A DNA stretch of 61,877 bases, the filler included, from Choristocarpus tenellus KU-1152 (lineage: Eukaryota; Protista; Phaeophyceae): assembly GCA_964200185.2 (NCBI GenBank). It is 8 parts of 8 records of this genome, joined end to end, with 100 filler letters (N's around TTAATTAATTAA, not from the genome) between each part and the next. Parts side by side here need not be neighbours in the genome. Positions count along the whole stretch, not along the records: positions 17,238 to 34,245 come from CAXNAD020000735.1; positions 34,346 to 40,540 come from CAXNAD020008709.1; 6 more parts are not named here. The stretch is one strand, 5' to 3'. Below the pieces are notes generated by a model. That model did not search any database. It saw only the letters and a program-made list of their open reading frames with translations, and was not told the origin of the DNA. The translations under genes were made by a program, and so were the position numbers. Positions 26,401 through 40,099 of this stretch are shown one piece after another (position 1 is the stretch's first letter; every line of letters starts with the position of its first letter).

Positions 26401-27136
26401 TGTCTAATGTTAAGCAAAATACAATAAAGTAACCCACAAACCTGGTCGACACCAGCAGTACACAACATAGCAGTATTTTGTCTCTCATTACTGCACACAG
26501 TAGAGTACATAAAGTATATCAGATCAAGGGTTTGACGACTGTATTGTACAGATACAACGACACCCTGCCGAGTGAGATGGTAGAAGTGTCGTGTTGTAGC
26601 GACTGTCTTCATGGCATTTGCGGCGTTGCGGATCCTTTTGATGCCAGCGAAATGAAACGCTTGTGCAAATTGTGCGTGAGCCCCACCAAGCGCAAGGCTT
26701 CGAGTCCTTCAGTCAGGGACAGGCACAGAATGCACCGCCCTCCTGTGCATTTCCTATTGGTGCTGGTAGAGCACTGTGTGTGGCTGGATTGTTGCGTATG
26801 TTCAAATGTCCTCTTATTTTCCCTTAGAATAGCCTCCATCATTTTACCCTCAGCCACATCAACCTAATATTCGTTTCCTTCTGGGGCTCCAGGAAAACAG
26901 TAATGATTACTACTTCAAGTACTACAGACCTTCCCTGCTACCAAACACAGCATTTGCACCTTGGGACCAACCATTCAGACTATCGTCAAGATAGCCTATT
27001 AATTACAACATTAGGTAGGTTAGGTAATACTACATTGTACGAATAATTAGCACATACTACTATTAACAACACTATTAAAAAAAATGTAGTCGGTATCAAT
27101 ATAATCACTTTAAACAGTACCATATATTACAAATAC

Positions 27137-28230
27137 ATTATTATGCTCTCTGACATTTTGCAGATGTGTCAGGGCGGAAACAAATGAAAACTATACATAT
27201 GTCAGTATAAGCCCTAAAGAAATAAAATATCATTAATGTGAAAAACACTATAAAACACTGTAAGTATGAAAACTAATCTATCTGTTACTTCACCACTATC
27301 AATATTGTACTACTGCCTTTCTGTGCTTCCAATCTACCTACTCCTGCGTCCCGGGGAGAGGAGCTAGGGAGGCATCCCATGAATCCAATAAACCCCTCTG
27401 TGTCCATCTCCTTGGTGACTCTAGTTTAAAGCGCAAGACATGTCTAGATATTGCCACTTGCATAGTCACCAATACAATTTGGCGTAGCCGGGATTCGACT
27501 ACTCCTTTCCTGCAATATCCTCCCGCTCCTCTCCCCCCTACCATGTGAGTAGCCAGCTCATCCAGGAAGCATTCCGCTTGCTTGCCGAGGCGCCCAAAAC
27601 TTTCTTTTGCGAAGGTGTTGAGGTTACAACTACGAGGATCAAAGGAGCCCTTTGATCCTCGTGCGCTTTCGCGCCTCGGCTGCAGCAGCAGCTACACCAT
27701 TGCTGGTGGATGAGTGGGTTAGGTGGGAGGTTGCCTGTACCTCTGCGAAGGTGACGTCTAGTAGAAGGCCTTTGTCCCTCTAGGGAGCTGTTCCGGCATC
27801 CGCTAGTGCCCCTGCGTGGAACACCAGATCCATGCGAAGATTCCTGTTCACTGTGAAAGGTCTACCGTCCTCTGTAGTGCAAGGGATGCCCATCCCCTTG
27901 CATATTTGGTTCAGGCGTTTTACCATTGGAGTGTGTTGTCGTACCTGTCCCCCTGCCCTGGGGCAGGTACGGGCATGTCTGGTATCGACATTTTGCTTCC
28001 TGCACTCTGCCACTGGGCACCTGTTGGATAGGGCCTCCTCCCTCCTAGGGATATGCTGACTGCGAGCTCGAATTCTAGAGGGGGGGGATCTGGCATGCTG
28101 GTTCCAGAGGTTGAGTTGAGGCCCACGTGTTTGCCCCTTGTCCACACTGGCTCCGGTAGCACGCTAGTGCTAATGAGGAGCTTTCCCTCCATTGGTGTGC
28201 CTCATTTGGAAGGCCGACCAGTTGTGTCCT
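27137..28230 (-). mobile_element. 5'-truncated CRE-like non-LTR retrotransposon with CCHC knuckle and restriction-like endonuclease (RLE)
   Basis: Translates to EFELAVSISLG..CPVAEC..DTRHARTC..GG..QH..LRMDLVF..GLLLDVTFAE..AAAEARKR..ESFGRLG. About 200-bp 3'UTR and (TAA)n tail. Contains a premature TAG and frameshifts. Confidence 0.9.
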
Positions 28231-28290
28231 GAAGGAATCAAAACGGATCTTGTTGAGGAGGTCATATATAGTGGTTAATATTCTAATATT

Positions 28291-29175
28291 TTATTATTAC
28301 GCCCTCTGAAATTTTACAGATGTGTCAGGGGGAAACCAATGAAAACTATTCACATGTCAGTATAAACCCCAAAGAAATAAAATGATATAAATGTGAAAGA
28401 CATTAGTCAATTTGTTACTTCACACCACTATCAATATTGTACTACTGCCTTCCTGTGTCTCCAATCTATCTATACCTGTGCCCCGGGGGGAGGAGCTAGG
28501 GAGGCATCCCATGAATCCAATAAACCCCTCCGTGCACATCTTCCTGGCGATTCCAGCTTAAAACGCATGACATGTCTGGATAGTGCCACTCGCGTAGTTA
28601 CCGAGACAATTTGGCGTAGCCGAGATTTAACTACTCATTTTCTGCTATAACCTCAAGCCCCTCGCCCCCCTACCATGTGAGTAGCCAGCTCATCCAGGAA
28701 GCATTCCGCTTGCTTGCCAAGGCGCCCAAAACTTTCCATTGCGAAGGTGTTTAGGTTATAACTACGAGGATCAAAGGGGCCCTTGTAGTGGGTGCGCTTT
28801 CGCGCCTCGGCTGCAGCAGCAGCTACGCCGTTGCTGGTGGATGATTGGGTTAGGTGGGAGGTTGGCTGTACCTCTGCTTATGTGTCATAAAGTAGAAGGC
28901 CTTTGTCCCTGTAGGGAGCTGTTCCGGCGTCCGCCAGCGCCCCTGCACGGAACACCAGATCCATGCGGAGATTCCTGTCCACTGTGAAGGGGCTGCCATC
29001 CTCCATAGTGCAAGGGATGCCCATCCCCTTGCATATCTGGTTCAGGCGTATTACCATTGGAGTGTGCTGTCGTACCTGTCCCCCTGACCTGGGGCAGGTC
29101 GGGCATGTCTGTTATCGACATTTTCCCTCCTGCACTCTACCACTGGGCACCTGTTGGATAGGGCCTCCTCCCCCT
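28291..29175 (-). mobile_element. Second tandem 5'-truncated CRE-like copy
   Basis: Colinear with 27137-28045. Encodes KRTHYKGPFDPRSYNLNTFAMESFGRLGKQAECFLDELA. Confidence 0.9.
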
Positions 29176-29689
29176 CTTTATATTGTAGAAGGTAAAAGGT
29201 ATGAAGGTTTGGATGTACTAGGCACACATTATTAACGGGTAGCATCTTTGTCGCGCCCTAAATCGCACAATGGTGACCTAAGCGAAATTCCACTTTTCTC
29301 TATACTTACTTGGAGATGTTAATAGTGTGATGGACAGTTCCCCTAACGAACTGATCTCAGTCAAATCCATTTATTTCCGCGTGCACATTTTTTTTTCATC
29401 ACTAATTTATACGTCAACATCACTCACACATATTATGTTGTGAGAATATCCAGACCACTTTCGTTGACGGTCACAATGATGTGATGTCATCCACCGGATC
29501 CAAGATTCAACTTAGGTCATCCCAAGATTTGGTGATTGTAAAATCTTTCGGGTTTGTTCAAGTAACCCTCCTCTGAACCAACTAACTGGTGATACCAACA
29601 CCATTCACAACTGATTGAACCCTGTTACATGCCAATAGTATTAATAGTAGAATGTAACACATACAACCGCAGTAGTTCACATTATATAT

Positions 29690-30006
29690 ATTATCACCCC
29701 CTCTAAGATTTTCCAGATGTGAGGGCAAAACCGATGAAAACTATTCGCATGTCAATATATTTGGCCTAAGGAAATGAAATGTCACAAATGTGAGAAACAC
29801 TAATCTATTTGTTATTTCGCTACTATTTATGTTGTACCACTGCCTTCCTCTGCCTCCAATCTACCTATTATTATTATCTACCTGTTCCTGTACCCCAGGG
29901 TGAGGAGCTTGGGAGGCATCCCAAGAATCCAACAAACCCCTCCATACCCACCTCCCTGTTGACTCCAGCTTAAAACGTATGAGACATGTAGACAGTGGCA
30001 GTTGCG
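29690..30006 (-). mobile_element. Third, more diverged CRE-like 3' fragment
   Basis: Homologous 3'UTR and ORF end (ggaggcatcccaagaatccaacaaaccc). Confidence 0.75.
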
Positions 30007-30391
30007 TTATATTGTTTTTTCTCTTTGTCGATCTCTTAAAAAATTACATTTTATACATTATTAGAGAGTATTTGATACAGCATTTATGAAAAACGAGGAC
30101 GAAAACTGTATGACAGAAATTACTACTGTTCTAAATAAAATATTATCCCCATTATATACTTGTCAATATAGACACCTTCCACAGAATATGGATCTATGCA
30201 TAACTTCTATAGGAAGAGTAGTATTCTATAGTAGTGACAACCTTATTTACAAATATGTCATGATATCTTAATAATGTGAAAGCTGTGGAGAGGGGTTGAG
30301 ATAAATGAAGGTCTGTGATTGACAGGATAGATCTATAGAGATGTTGAATTGTACATTAGTCGTTTCAATTTGTTTTTTTTACTATAGTAGA

Positions 30392-30452
30392 ATAGTTTTC
30401 ATTGATTTTTTTTTCCCCCAACACATACCAAATGTTAGAGGACATAATAAAA
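30392..30452 (+). mobile_element. Degenerate CRE-like 3' end remnant
   Basis: atagttttcattg...aaatgttagaggacataataa resembles 597-653. Confidence 0.5.
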
Positions 30453-31099
30453 TATATAGTAGTAGAGTATTAGAGAGTGGAATACTATACACATAGTTTT
30501 AGTAGCAAAGTAGTGTAGTACCAGTAAACTAATAGTATAAAGTTAAATTTTGTACGGGTCATATATTTTATATATATAGTGTATGGTTTCAGTCGGCGAG
30601 ACGGCATGACTAGGACATAAACCGTTCATAGTAAATATGGAGAAGTGTTCCTATACGAAAATTTCCTGGATTCAGGGAGAAAAAGACCCCTATTGAATAT
30701 TGAAATTTTTGTTTGAACGTACCTCACATTGATTGTCCTATCCATGTTTCGAACTAATTAGGTGGGGTTAGATGTTTGAGGTTGGTGTAGTTGCAGTTGT
30801 ATTTTTATTCTTTCTCTCTCAAAACTCTGGAACCCTTAGTTTATGGCTTCTTGTTCGATGTAGGATAGAGGGATCTCCATGGTTAGAAAGTTTATAATTA
30901 TCGTTTGAAATAGGACGTAGGATCAACTTCTTATTCTATTTTTTGAATCGCTCCGAAAGTGTCATGTGTTCAAAGAAACTTCTCGCTGAACACATCACAA
31001 CACAGATATCCGGTCAACACCCTTGTTTGTTTGTGAGATCGTCTTTGGTCTGTGGTTTATAGTCTGTAGGCAACCTTCAGCATCTTTTCCCATACTACC

Positions 31100-34000
31100 A
31101 TGGCGGATACATTCCTGGCGGAGCAAAGGCTCCTGACAGGACTAGAGGTGATAAAGCACGGAAGGAGGCGGGCCGATATATGCGTCCTTAGCCTAGCAGG
31201 AGGATGCAAAGACGAATCCAAGCAACTCGTGATTGAACGTGGTTCGTTAGGTTGCTCTTCTACATCTGGGAATGGAAAGGCCAGTACAGTTCGCTTGAGG
31301 AGATCTCGTGCAAGGTAGGATATTTTTTCTTGTACTTGTACTTGTACTCGTTCTCTTACTTGTTCTCACTCGACAAACTAGATAGTAAGTAGTGTGTGGG
31401 TACAGAGCCTTGGCGCATGGGCATCAATTTCAACCCGCTTATGACCGGTAAGGTCTGCCAAACTTTTGACCCCTGGAATATGTTAACTTGACGTCGTTCC
31501 TGTGAATTGATGTGCACACTCAATACCAACTTTGATTCACGACGTGCTGCTTTCCCATCCTGATATCTTCTCTCTTGTGGAGCTCCAACACCAGTTCTCC
31601 GACCCCTCGATCCAGACCTTGTTCGATGATCAACCTTTACTCTTGCTGGTTTGGCGTGGTTCCCAGTCCCCAACCTTGTTCGCCTGCAAGAAAGCTTGCT
31701 ACGTAGTTTCTGTAAACTACACCCTCTTCTCTTACCTCGTGAAAAGCCCCGACCCCTTGGCACTAGGTATTGACACGGTCGATACTGACCGTTTCCTTAG
31801 AACTATTTGAATTTGGAGTGTAAGATCTACCTCTCGCTAAACGTTTGACCGCTTCTTCTACAGATTATTGCTACAATAATCCTACACACCTTCTGTCTGT
31901 CTCTCGTTAACTTTCTAGTAGTTCGTTTTCGCAGTGAGTGGATCATACCACTATAATCATACTTTCTTGAATGCGTTATCAGGCAGGACACATAGCTCAC
32001 GAGATATAGATTGTGTTTCCACCATCGAAGTGTCGAGCCTTGTAGTGAACGAGTAATTCCCTTATATGGCAATTCTTCTTCTGGTGATTAATATGCATTA
32101 CTCATCCAGGTTGGTATCTATCTGTGGTAGACCAAGGTGAAACCCACCCTAATGGATTTTGCAGGGTGAATCAACTCCCGTCCCACCCCCCTGTATCTCA
32201 GGTCGGACGAGAGTTCACAATATCGTTTCTCGCGCCGTTCGGGGACGCCTGGACCTCCCGTCAAAACGAAGGAAAATATCGATCCCAGTACAGACGCAGA
32301 AGTAGAGGAGTCAGCTGCAAAGGAGAGAAAGGAGATGCTCTGGCTTAAGGACATTGTGCAGGTGCGAGGTCTAGAGGGAAACTTACTGTGTTGAATGATG
32401 TGAACCGTGTGCACTTGTCATATGACTAACATTAGGTCATTTGATTCTTCCATATTAAGTGCAGTCATGTCTGTGCTTGCCAAATATTGGATTCACCTCT
32501 CCAGTACATATCACACATCTTCACATTTAGTAATTCTGGCTCTGAATCAAATGCTGTAGATAACATCTCTACTATAGGCCATCGCTAGTAGTTATGCCAT
32601 GTTGTCTTGGAGGCTTACTAGCAGCAAGAATGGTCTTGTTATTGTCGTCCTAGGGGATGTACATAAATATTGTTGCACTGGTAGCTCACATTGTTGCCTC
32701 CTTGTTACAATGCTTGACAATTGATTTGGGCTATTGTAGGAAGCGTGTATTGTTTTTTAAGGGGCTGGTGAACGATTGGGCTCGAACGGTGAATGAATCT
32801 GTGAATTGAGTGATTGTTGGTGAGTTTGTGTGATTGAGTATGTGACATCAAGGGCATCAGTGTCTAGATCAACTCCAGATTGTCAAGGGGTTTCCATCAT
32901 CATTGCATTTTTCTACTAAACAAACTGCCACAACAACAGGAATATGTTTGATGACTTTTTCTCGTTGTCAAGAACTTGCTCTTTGTTCTACAGGACCTCT
33001 TTGTTGTCTCTGGATGTGCTCTCTGTAATCCAGAGTCCCCCCTCCCACTCACTCCACTCCATGCATCGTTTACCATGCCCAGGTGGAGCTGGGCGTTGAG
33101 CTGTCGGAGGCATCAAGGCTGGCCATGGGGACTTCGTACAGACCAGATCTCAGTATCAGAATACGACTTGAGTCGGGGGAGGTGGACCTCACACTGCCAA
33201 GTGTGCGGGTCAGTCAGTATGTAGAAATAAGGGGTGGTACCACAGGAGAGGGTGTCATGCGCTTGAGGCAGTGCGTTTTTTTGGGGTAAGGAGTTGAAGA
33301 GTGGGGATGGGGTTGGCACTGGTGTTGGAAGTAGTGCTTGGTTGTTAATAGAGGGCGTGGGAATAAAGACAGTAGATACCATGGTGGCAAGTGCGCTATT
33401 TCCTGTTGGGGCTTCATGTGATTTGAGGCTATTTGGATATTGAATTACAACTTTTCATAGTGTGTACTGTGTGTTCATTTGAGATTTCCAAGTAGCAGGA
33501 AAATCATGAGGGGCTTGGGTAACGGGTTTTATGTGGTTATTTCTGTATTGTCTGCAGTACTATTTAACTTTGAAGCCTGCTCACCCAAAACCAAAAAGGG
33601 CATGCCTGCTTCCCACCATCCTGACAACTCAGTCATTCCTTGTGCACCAGCTTTGGGTCCTTCCCATTAGCCTCCTGTCTGCAACAGAACCCCTGAATTG
33701 TGGAAGTGTACCTTATAAAATTTAGATGCCATTCTGTTGAGAAGGTTAAATGGGTGCCGATTAGGCAAGAAACCATGAAAACTGTGTACGTACCACAGCA
33801 ATACAAAATAATTAATGCCTACATACACATGAAACCCCTTTCTACCCCCTCTCTCTCATGCTCTCCTGTGCCTACTCAGGTTGTGGAGGAGGTTCTTGCT
33901 TTCCTCTCGAAGAACTGCCCACAAATGGTAGTTGGGCAATCACAAGAGACCCTACACCTCACTCATCACAGACATTCCTCCTCCTCCTCAGAGGAATACT

Positions 34001-34245
34001 TGCCTTCCTCCCTGTACATGTTCCTGCCGGGGTCAGAAAACGACTCTTCTCATGGAAGTCGTACCAACCGCTCTGTGCAGCCCCCCCTCCTCCCCCCTAC
34101 CCTTCCAGTGACGCCGACCACACCTCCTACTTCGATTGCTCCTGTGAAACCCCCACTGGGTCCTCGTGAGGAAAAGCGCCGGCGGTCTGGAGGTGGGAAG
34201 AGTGGAGGGGGTGGGGGGGTGGTGGGGCAGCAAGGCCTTAGCATG
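31100..34245 (+). CDS. PH-like domain protein with Pro-rich region (runs into a gap; possible last exon 35121-35331)
   Basis: In-frame exons 31100-31314, 32202-32361, 33083-33208, 33880->gap. The pattern G.EVIKHGR...LWLKDIVQVELG...LSIRIRLESGEVDLTLPS..VVEEVLAFL fits PH strands plus the terminal helix. Confidence 0.7.
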
Positions 34246-34345
34246 NNNNNNNNNNNNNNNNNNNNNNNNNNNNNNNNNNNNNNNNNNNNTTAATTAATTA
34301 ANNNNNNNNNNNNNNNNNNNNNNNNNNNNNNNNNNNNNNNNNNNN

Positions 34346-34489
34346 GGGGCGTCCATTTCGGTCAAACACCTTTTTTTTGCTGACATTTCAAATCCGACAC
34401 GTGCGACAAAATCACACCAAAAAAGTGAAAATCGAAAAAAGGGTGAAAGACGGACGCCGACCCCCCCCCCCCTCCAGATACTTCGACCC
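34346..34489 (+). mobile_element. MITE family C (one end lost in the gap)
   Basis: Ends ccagatacttcgaccc. Body is homologous to ~58340-58460. Confidence 0.75.
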
Positions 34490-37400
34490 ACTGTTGTTTA
34501 AATTCTTCACAAGTAGCATCGTTTTGCAAGTGATCCCGACACATGGCTCAGGCAAAGTGGTCACTGATGTGGTAGCAACAAGTTCTCGTTGGTTGTACCT
34601 GAGGTTGTCAGGAGAACAATAACCTCTTCTGTACCTCAAGTTGGATTTGTGAAGTCAGGTTCTGGCAAAGAACGCTAGCTGTTCAACAATATATGACTGG
34701 GGTGCATGAGTGGCAGAAGCACCGGAAAATCGTTTCACTCCTAACTCACTCTGTTTTTGCTGGTGATCATGGTATGCAGAACAAGGGCTTTGATATGTTC
34801 CTTCCTGAAGATCAAAGACAACAATGCTGTCCCCTCCACGAATATCTGAGTTGGAAGAATAGCATGGACAGTTGAAAATCTTTCAGTCTAGAAAGAAACG
34901 CAAGTGGGTGTGCATATCACAGCAACATTTCCCAAACAGTTGATCAGGTAGATCTCTAATAGAATGAAAAACCTGTTTGAAGATTTCAAGGTTCAGCTTG
35001 GTTTGCCCTGCATCTGCCTCTTGCTGTGCTAGACTGTGACTTCTGCACAACTGGGCAAATCATCTCTCACATGAGGGCCTCAATGGGCCCATAAAACACC
35101 GAGATGGTGTTCTTTTGCAGGGGGGCAAATGATTCTATCCCTGAGGAAGTGCCGGTGCTCTATGGGGGGGAGTTCAAACAGGTGGTACTTGATTGCCTTC
35201 AAGATCCTGAGAAGCTCTGGGCTGTGCAGAGACTGCATGTGGACAACTTCTCCAAAGATTCCGTCAACACGTACTTAGATGCACCTGAGGTGGACTCTGA
35301 TGGCGGAATAGGAGATTTGGAACAGGAATGAGAGACATGACTGAGGTGCAGGTGGGGCTAGGCCTGATTTAAGCAGTGGATCAATGAGCAAGCCCAGTGG
35401 AGGGGGGAAAACAATATGATAACCAGGGTGCTGGTGCAAGAGTACATGTTTTCACACTGAGTGCCAGGATGCAGGCTAACCCTAACACTTGGTTGTGCTT
35501 CACTTATTGATAAGTGAGATATAAACAGTAGTTGCAATCTCCTAGGTATGCAACTCTATGAACCAAGCTTAGCGGTACACCATTTCCCCCAAACACCTTA
35601 GGACGGATAAGTAGACCCTTATGTTGCCCCCTCAATGATGCATACTGGAGGTAGGGATCACTGTGCCAATATGAGCCATTCCCTTCCCCCACCACATTGT
35701 AACCCAGAGTAGCATTGTAGTACTGTTCAGCAGATGGACTGTATGCTCAAACCCATCACTGTGAGTGACTTAGCAACCTGCACAACTGGGGCAGACCGGT
35801 AGAATGCTCCAAAGCACTATTGCCACATCAATACAATGCACTGCAATGAAGTGCATGAACTTCATGGTGCATCACCCAGAAGGGAGATTGGCGTCCGTGG
35901 AAGTTGCCATTGTGAATACTCTTAAGGGTGAAATGTGTTAATAGACGGTTGTCTATTCAAAATGTCTTGACTGAGTCAGGAAATAGATCTTGTACGTAGC
36001 CTTAGCTAGGATGTTTGGAGCATGGAGCTGGACAGTGATATTATTTGAGTAAGGTGTTGGTGGGTATTCAAGTCCAGCCCAGAAAAGCATTGCGCAACTA
36101 ATTCTTGGTGTCTGTGATGTGGGGAAGATGGGTTGGGGCTGAGGAGGGCTTCAAAGTATGGGAAGTGACTCCTTGCCAGCTAGCCAGTCAGCATACCCAA
36201 TTACAAAGTATGACAATAAGAAACAATTGACGTATTGATTTAACACTAAAGTTACGAACAATGAAATATCACTGAGGTATATTATCGTACGCTCTTTTGA
36301 ATTCTAAGAATGCTCTCTCTTGCAGACACTACTCTCAGTTGGTACTGTTGGACATGCAATGATTTTACTGTTTATATACCTTTGTGATGAGGTGAGTCCA
36401 CTCTACTCTTTTTTGATATGCAATTGATCCCTTTTTTCAGGAACAAGGTAAACCTGGCCTGATGTATTAGAGCAACGGTTTCCTACCAGGGATTGCAGTC
36501 TTCATTTGTTTTATTCAATTGGCAAGTTCCTAACCCTAACTCCATTACCCCTGCAGCTCTATGAAACATTGAGGCAACTCTAATATCTGAACCCTTTTCT
36601 TTTTGACCTGCCTTTACAAATGTGATCTGCAACTGTGTTGAACTGTATGCGATGAAATCACTTTTGGGATGGGAAAATGACCTCTAACCTACCAGACACC
36701 ACCAAAAGGGCTTCTGGGAAAGGTTGGGTTGTCACACCCGCGGACGTGCTTTTCTTGAAGAGCGTTGGGCTCCAGGACCAGGCAAAGGTATTTGGACTGT
36801 CTTGAGCTGGTTGACTGCACAATATCGGTTCGGTGGTTACAACCTGTGGGTGGGGGTAATGACTTTAGGAGGGCGGTGTGTTGGATCATTGTTTCGATCT
36901 CTTGGTGCCTGGCGGTGGTTGAACAGACGCACAGATTGATGAGTTGCTATGAATTATATTGCGTCTTTTGCAAAGGACTTGCTTGTTCCATGATATTGCG
37001 GTGTCCATTCTTTGGAATGGACACTCTGCTGATTAGAATGAGTGATTTTTGGGGTGGAAAAAAGCTGGTGAACTTTGCTCTTAATTTCAGAAGTGAGAAT
37101 CAGTGGGCAGAGTGAGGGGGTGAGGGAGGAGGAGAGGGTTGATGTCCAGGTTTTTTGGAGCACTCCCCAGATTAAGAGAGGTTATCAAGTCATGACAAGG
37201 AAGAAGCATGATCAGCCTAGTTCGGAGCATGAGGTTGACCAGAGAAAGATCTGCACTATAGTTGATATCATCTCCAGGGTAAATGATTCTACTAACCGAG
37301 CAGAACTCATGAGCATTCCCATCACTGAAAGTATGTCCACACTTCAAGGTGCAAGATATGCCTCCTGTCATGATATCCAGTACCCTGTTGAAAATTACCT

Positions 37401-37659
37401 ATCAATGACAAGTGCAAACTGCAGTGACGTCTACTACAGTAATCTAAACAGGAAATACAATTTTTTAGAGGCTTTTATTAAATGCTGTGTTGGCACATAG
37501 ATATTCCAATCATCGATGTCTGAAACATCGGGGCAAATCCTTGAGTATTCAAATTCTTAGTGCAGATGATATAGTTTGGGTTGAAGCTCCTTTTTTGTGT
37601 CAAGTTGGTAGGATGAAAATTGTAAACTATTGCATAGGCAAATATTTTGCAGACCATAA

Positions 37660-37766
37660 GGCTCAAAGTACCTGGGGGGGGTGGCAGCTGTCCCTTTGGG
37701 CTCAAATTTTTCATGTGGCCATTTTTAGGTGATGTGGTTGCATACGTCAGATGGATAACAAGGGTG
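37660..37766 (+). mobile_element. MITE family B fragment
   Basis: ggctcaaagtacctggggggggtggcagctgtccctttggg... Confidence 0.8.
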
Positions 37767-40099
37767 GCAAAGTATTTCGCTCCTTTGAAATTTCCTACTT
37801 ATCTCCGAATGACTGTCCAATCTAAGGCACTGACATTTCCTTTTTGAACTATCAATTGCGCAAATTTCAATATTGATTGAAATTCTGAACTTTCGTGGCA
37901 TTAATCCCCCAAATTGACCTCTAGAGGGTTAGGGTTGGGGTTATCAATCCCTAACCTAAGTAGATCACATCAGTATTCATTTCTTCATACTGTACGGGAT
38001 TTGGGAGCCACAGACAAGAATCTCTTCTTTGGAGCTTCCAATATCTCCCCACCAACATGAAAGGGAATAGTAATTGTCCAGTGCAAGCACTCTATTGGAT
38101 AATCTCTACAGTAAAATAGTGCTGCTTTTGCCTCACCAATATTATCCATATTAGAGGTTACCCATATCCTGTAGAAGAACAGAGCTCTTGAACAGTGTGC
38201 ATGTTATACCCAGCTATTGTGCAAACTAGATCATCGTAACATGGATTGGTGAAATACTGTTGAGAAATTAATATGACATGCCCGCCAGGTGCCTAATGTT
38301 CAAACCAGTGGGGTAAGTTTGTCTACGAGTCATACACAACTCTTCGTGCTTGCTCCAAACCCCATCCTACTCTTCCCCTGGAGAGATTCTATAAGCCAGT
38401 CTTGTGCAGGCAGTCCTTGCTGACGACCTTCCTCGCCAGGGTACCTTTCCTGCGATGGCCATCAAGGTCTGCCATTATGGCTAGGTCCATGGAATGAGTA
38501 ACGCCTCCCCTTACCTGGTTAGTTTCTTGGCTCCTTCTCCCTCAGGAGTTGGAGGCTTAGCTCAACCCCTTTCACAGGCAAGCATAGGGACATCAAAGCC
38601 TGTCATCACCACAAGCATCTCGGTACGAGCAAGGCCTTCTCCTCCAGGCATTGCCCACTTGACTCCTCCATTGGGATTTGGAGGCTTGACTCTAGCCTGT
38701 TACAGGCAAGTGGGGGGTTGTGGAGGTACGTCATCGTAGCAAGTACCTCAGATGTACCTGCTCCTTCCCCCTCTGGTAGAGGCTTAGCTACTGCTCCTGC
38801 TGATGGCCTCCTCTGGTGGCAGATACAGTGACTGTTTTCTCGCTCAGTAAGCAAGAAGCTTGGCATCTCCAATCAGTTCGCATGCCCATTCTGGGACAAC
38901 TATGGTGACTGCTCCAGATCCAGCGCAGACTTGGTCACAACTGCAGCTCCGGCTACAGTGCATCGATTGTCTCCTTCATCTTGTTCAGGTTTCAGCTCGT
39001 TAGGAGTAACAAATGTTGTAGAGGTGTGATTAATCTGAAGGAAGTGAGTAGCGACCTCAAAGCATGTTGTAATGATAGAATCAATTCTTATCCATCTGTC
39101 CATCCGTAAGGACAGTTCAGGTTTACCAACTAATAGGTGCATTCTGACTGTACATGTTCTCACAGACACTATTCCTCCCTTCCATGTCAAAGCTTCCCAC
39201 AGTAAAGAGGCCTAACACATGAAACCCCTTACTATGGGCAAACGACACAAATGGGCTCCCAACCTGGATTCTACTTTCACAGTGATTCCGAATCATAGGG
39301 AAGAGAAGAACTCAGTTCAGCTTGTTGGCATATCTTTTTACATGCATCACACGATGAAACCGTCATTACAGGGGAGCCCAATGACCTTTAACCCCATCCA
39401 AACCAAGCAGCTTTGCTGGTATGTGGATGCTTAGTGGATGGCAATACTTGGGTTGGATGTTGGGTAGATCATAGCAATCTTGACTTCCTCTGCGCATTCC
39501 TTATACCACATGATGACCATTTTCTGTGTATAGAACCCTAGGCATCTTATCTACAGTATACCCCTCCAAGTCGCCAGTATGAACTTGGAGACATTGTGTC
39601 CAGATGTTCCCTATGCGACGCCCCTTGGTTTTATGTAGTAGTAGGCCTCGAAGGCCATATATATATATACATGATAAAGAAATACGTACTCCTATATTTG
39701 TTGCAATTGTGGTGTTAGTATGAAAACACAACGAACAGGTCCAATACCAAACCAATTGTGCTTTTTCTTGTACACGTATGTACTTCGAAGTACACACTCC
39801 ATAGGAGGGTTTCAGTAGGAAGGGAAGTTGGTATAACATACCTCAGACAGGTTGTATCAGCTACTGCTCAAGTGGCCATCTCGAGAAGAGTGCTCCTATG
39901 TTTACTATGTTTCAAGCTAGAGATTTAAGGTCGCTGGGCTAGGTAGGAGAGGCTTGACAGATTCGTGGGATTCTTCGTTTGTTTCTTCTTGTCCGCCTTC
40001 ATTGAGAGTCTCTTTAGGAGATGCTTTTCCTTGTCTTTCTAGTCTAACACTTTACATACACCACACTATGGCTGGTGCTTATGACATCCTGTAGTCTTC

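Noticed and set aside
25363-26867. Cluster of 80-130 aa ORFs suggesting a gene
   Set aside because: No consistent exon chain or family motif could be established from sequence alone.
38400-39190. Search for the missing 3' exons of the DUF3727 gene
   Set aside because: Minus-strand translations do not resemble the expected C-terminal domain. The exons are probably in the gap or on another contig.
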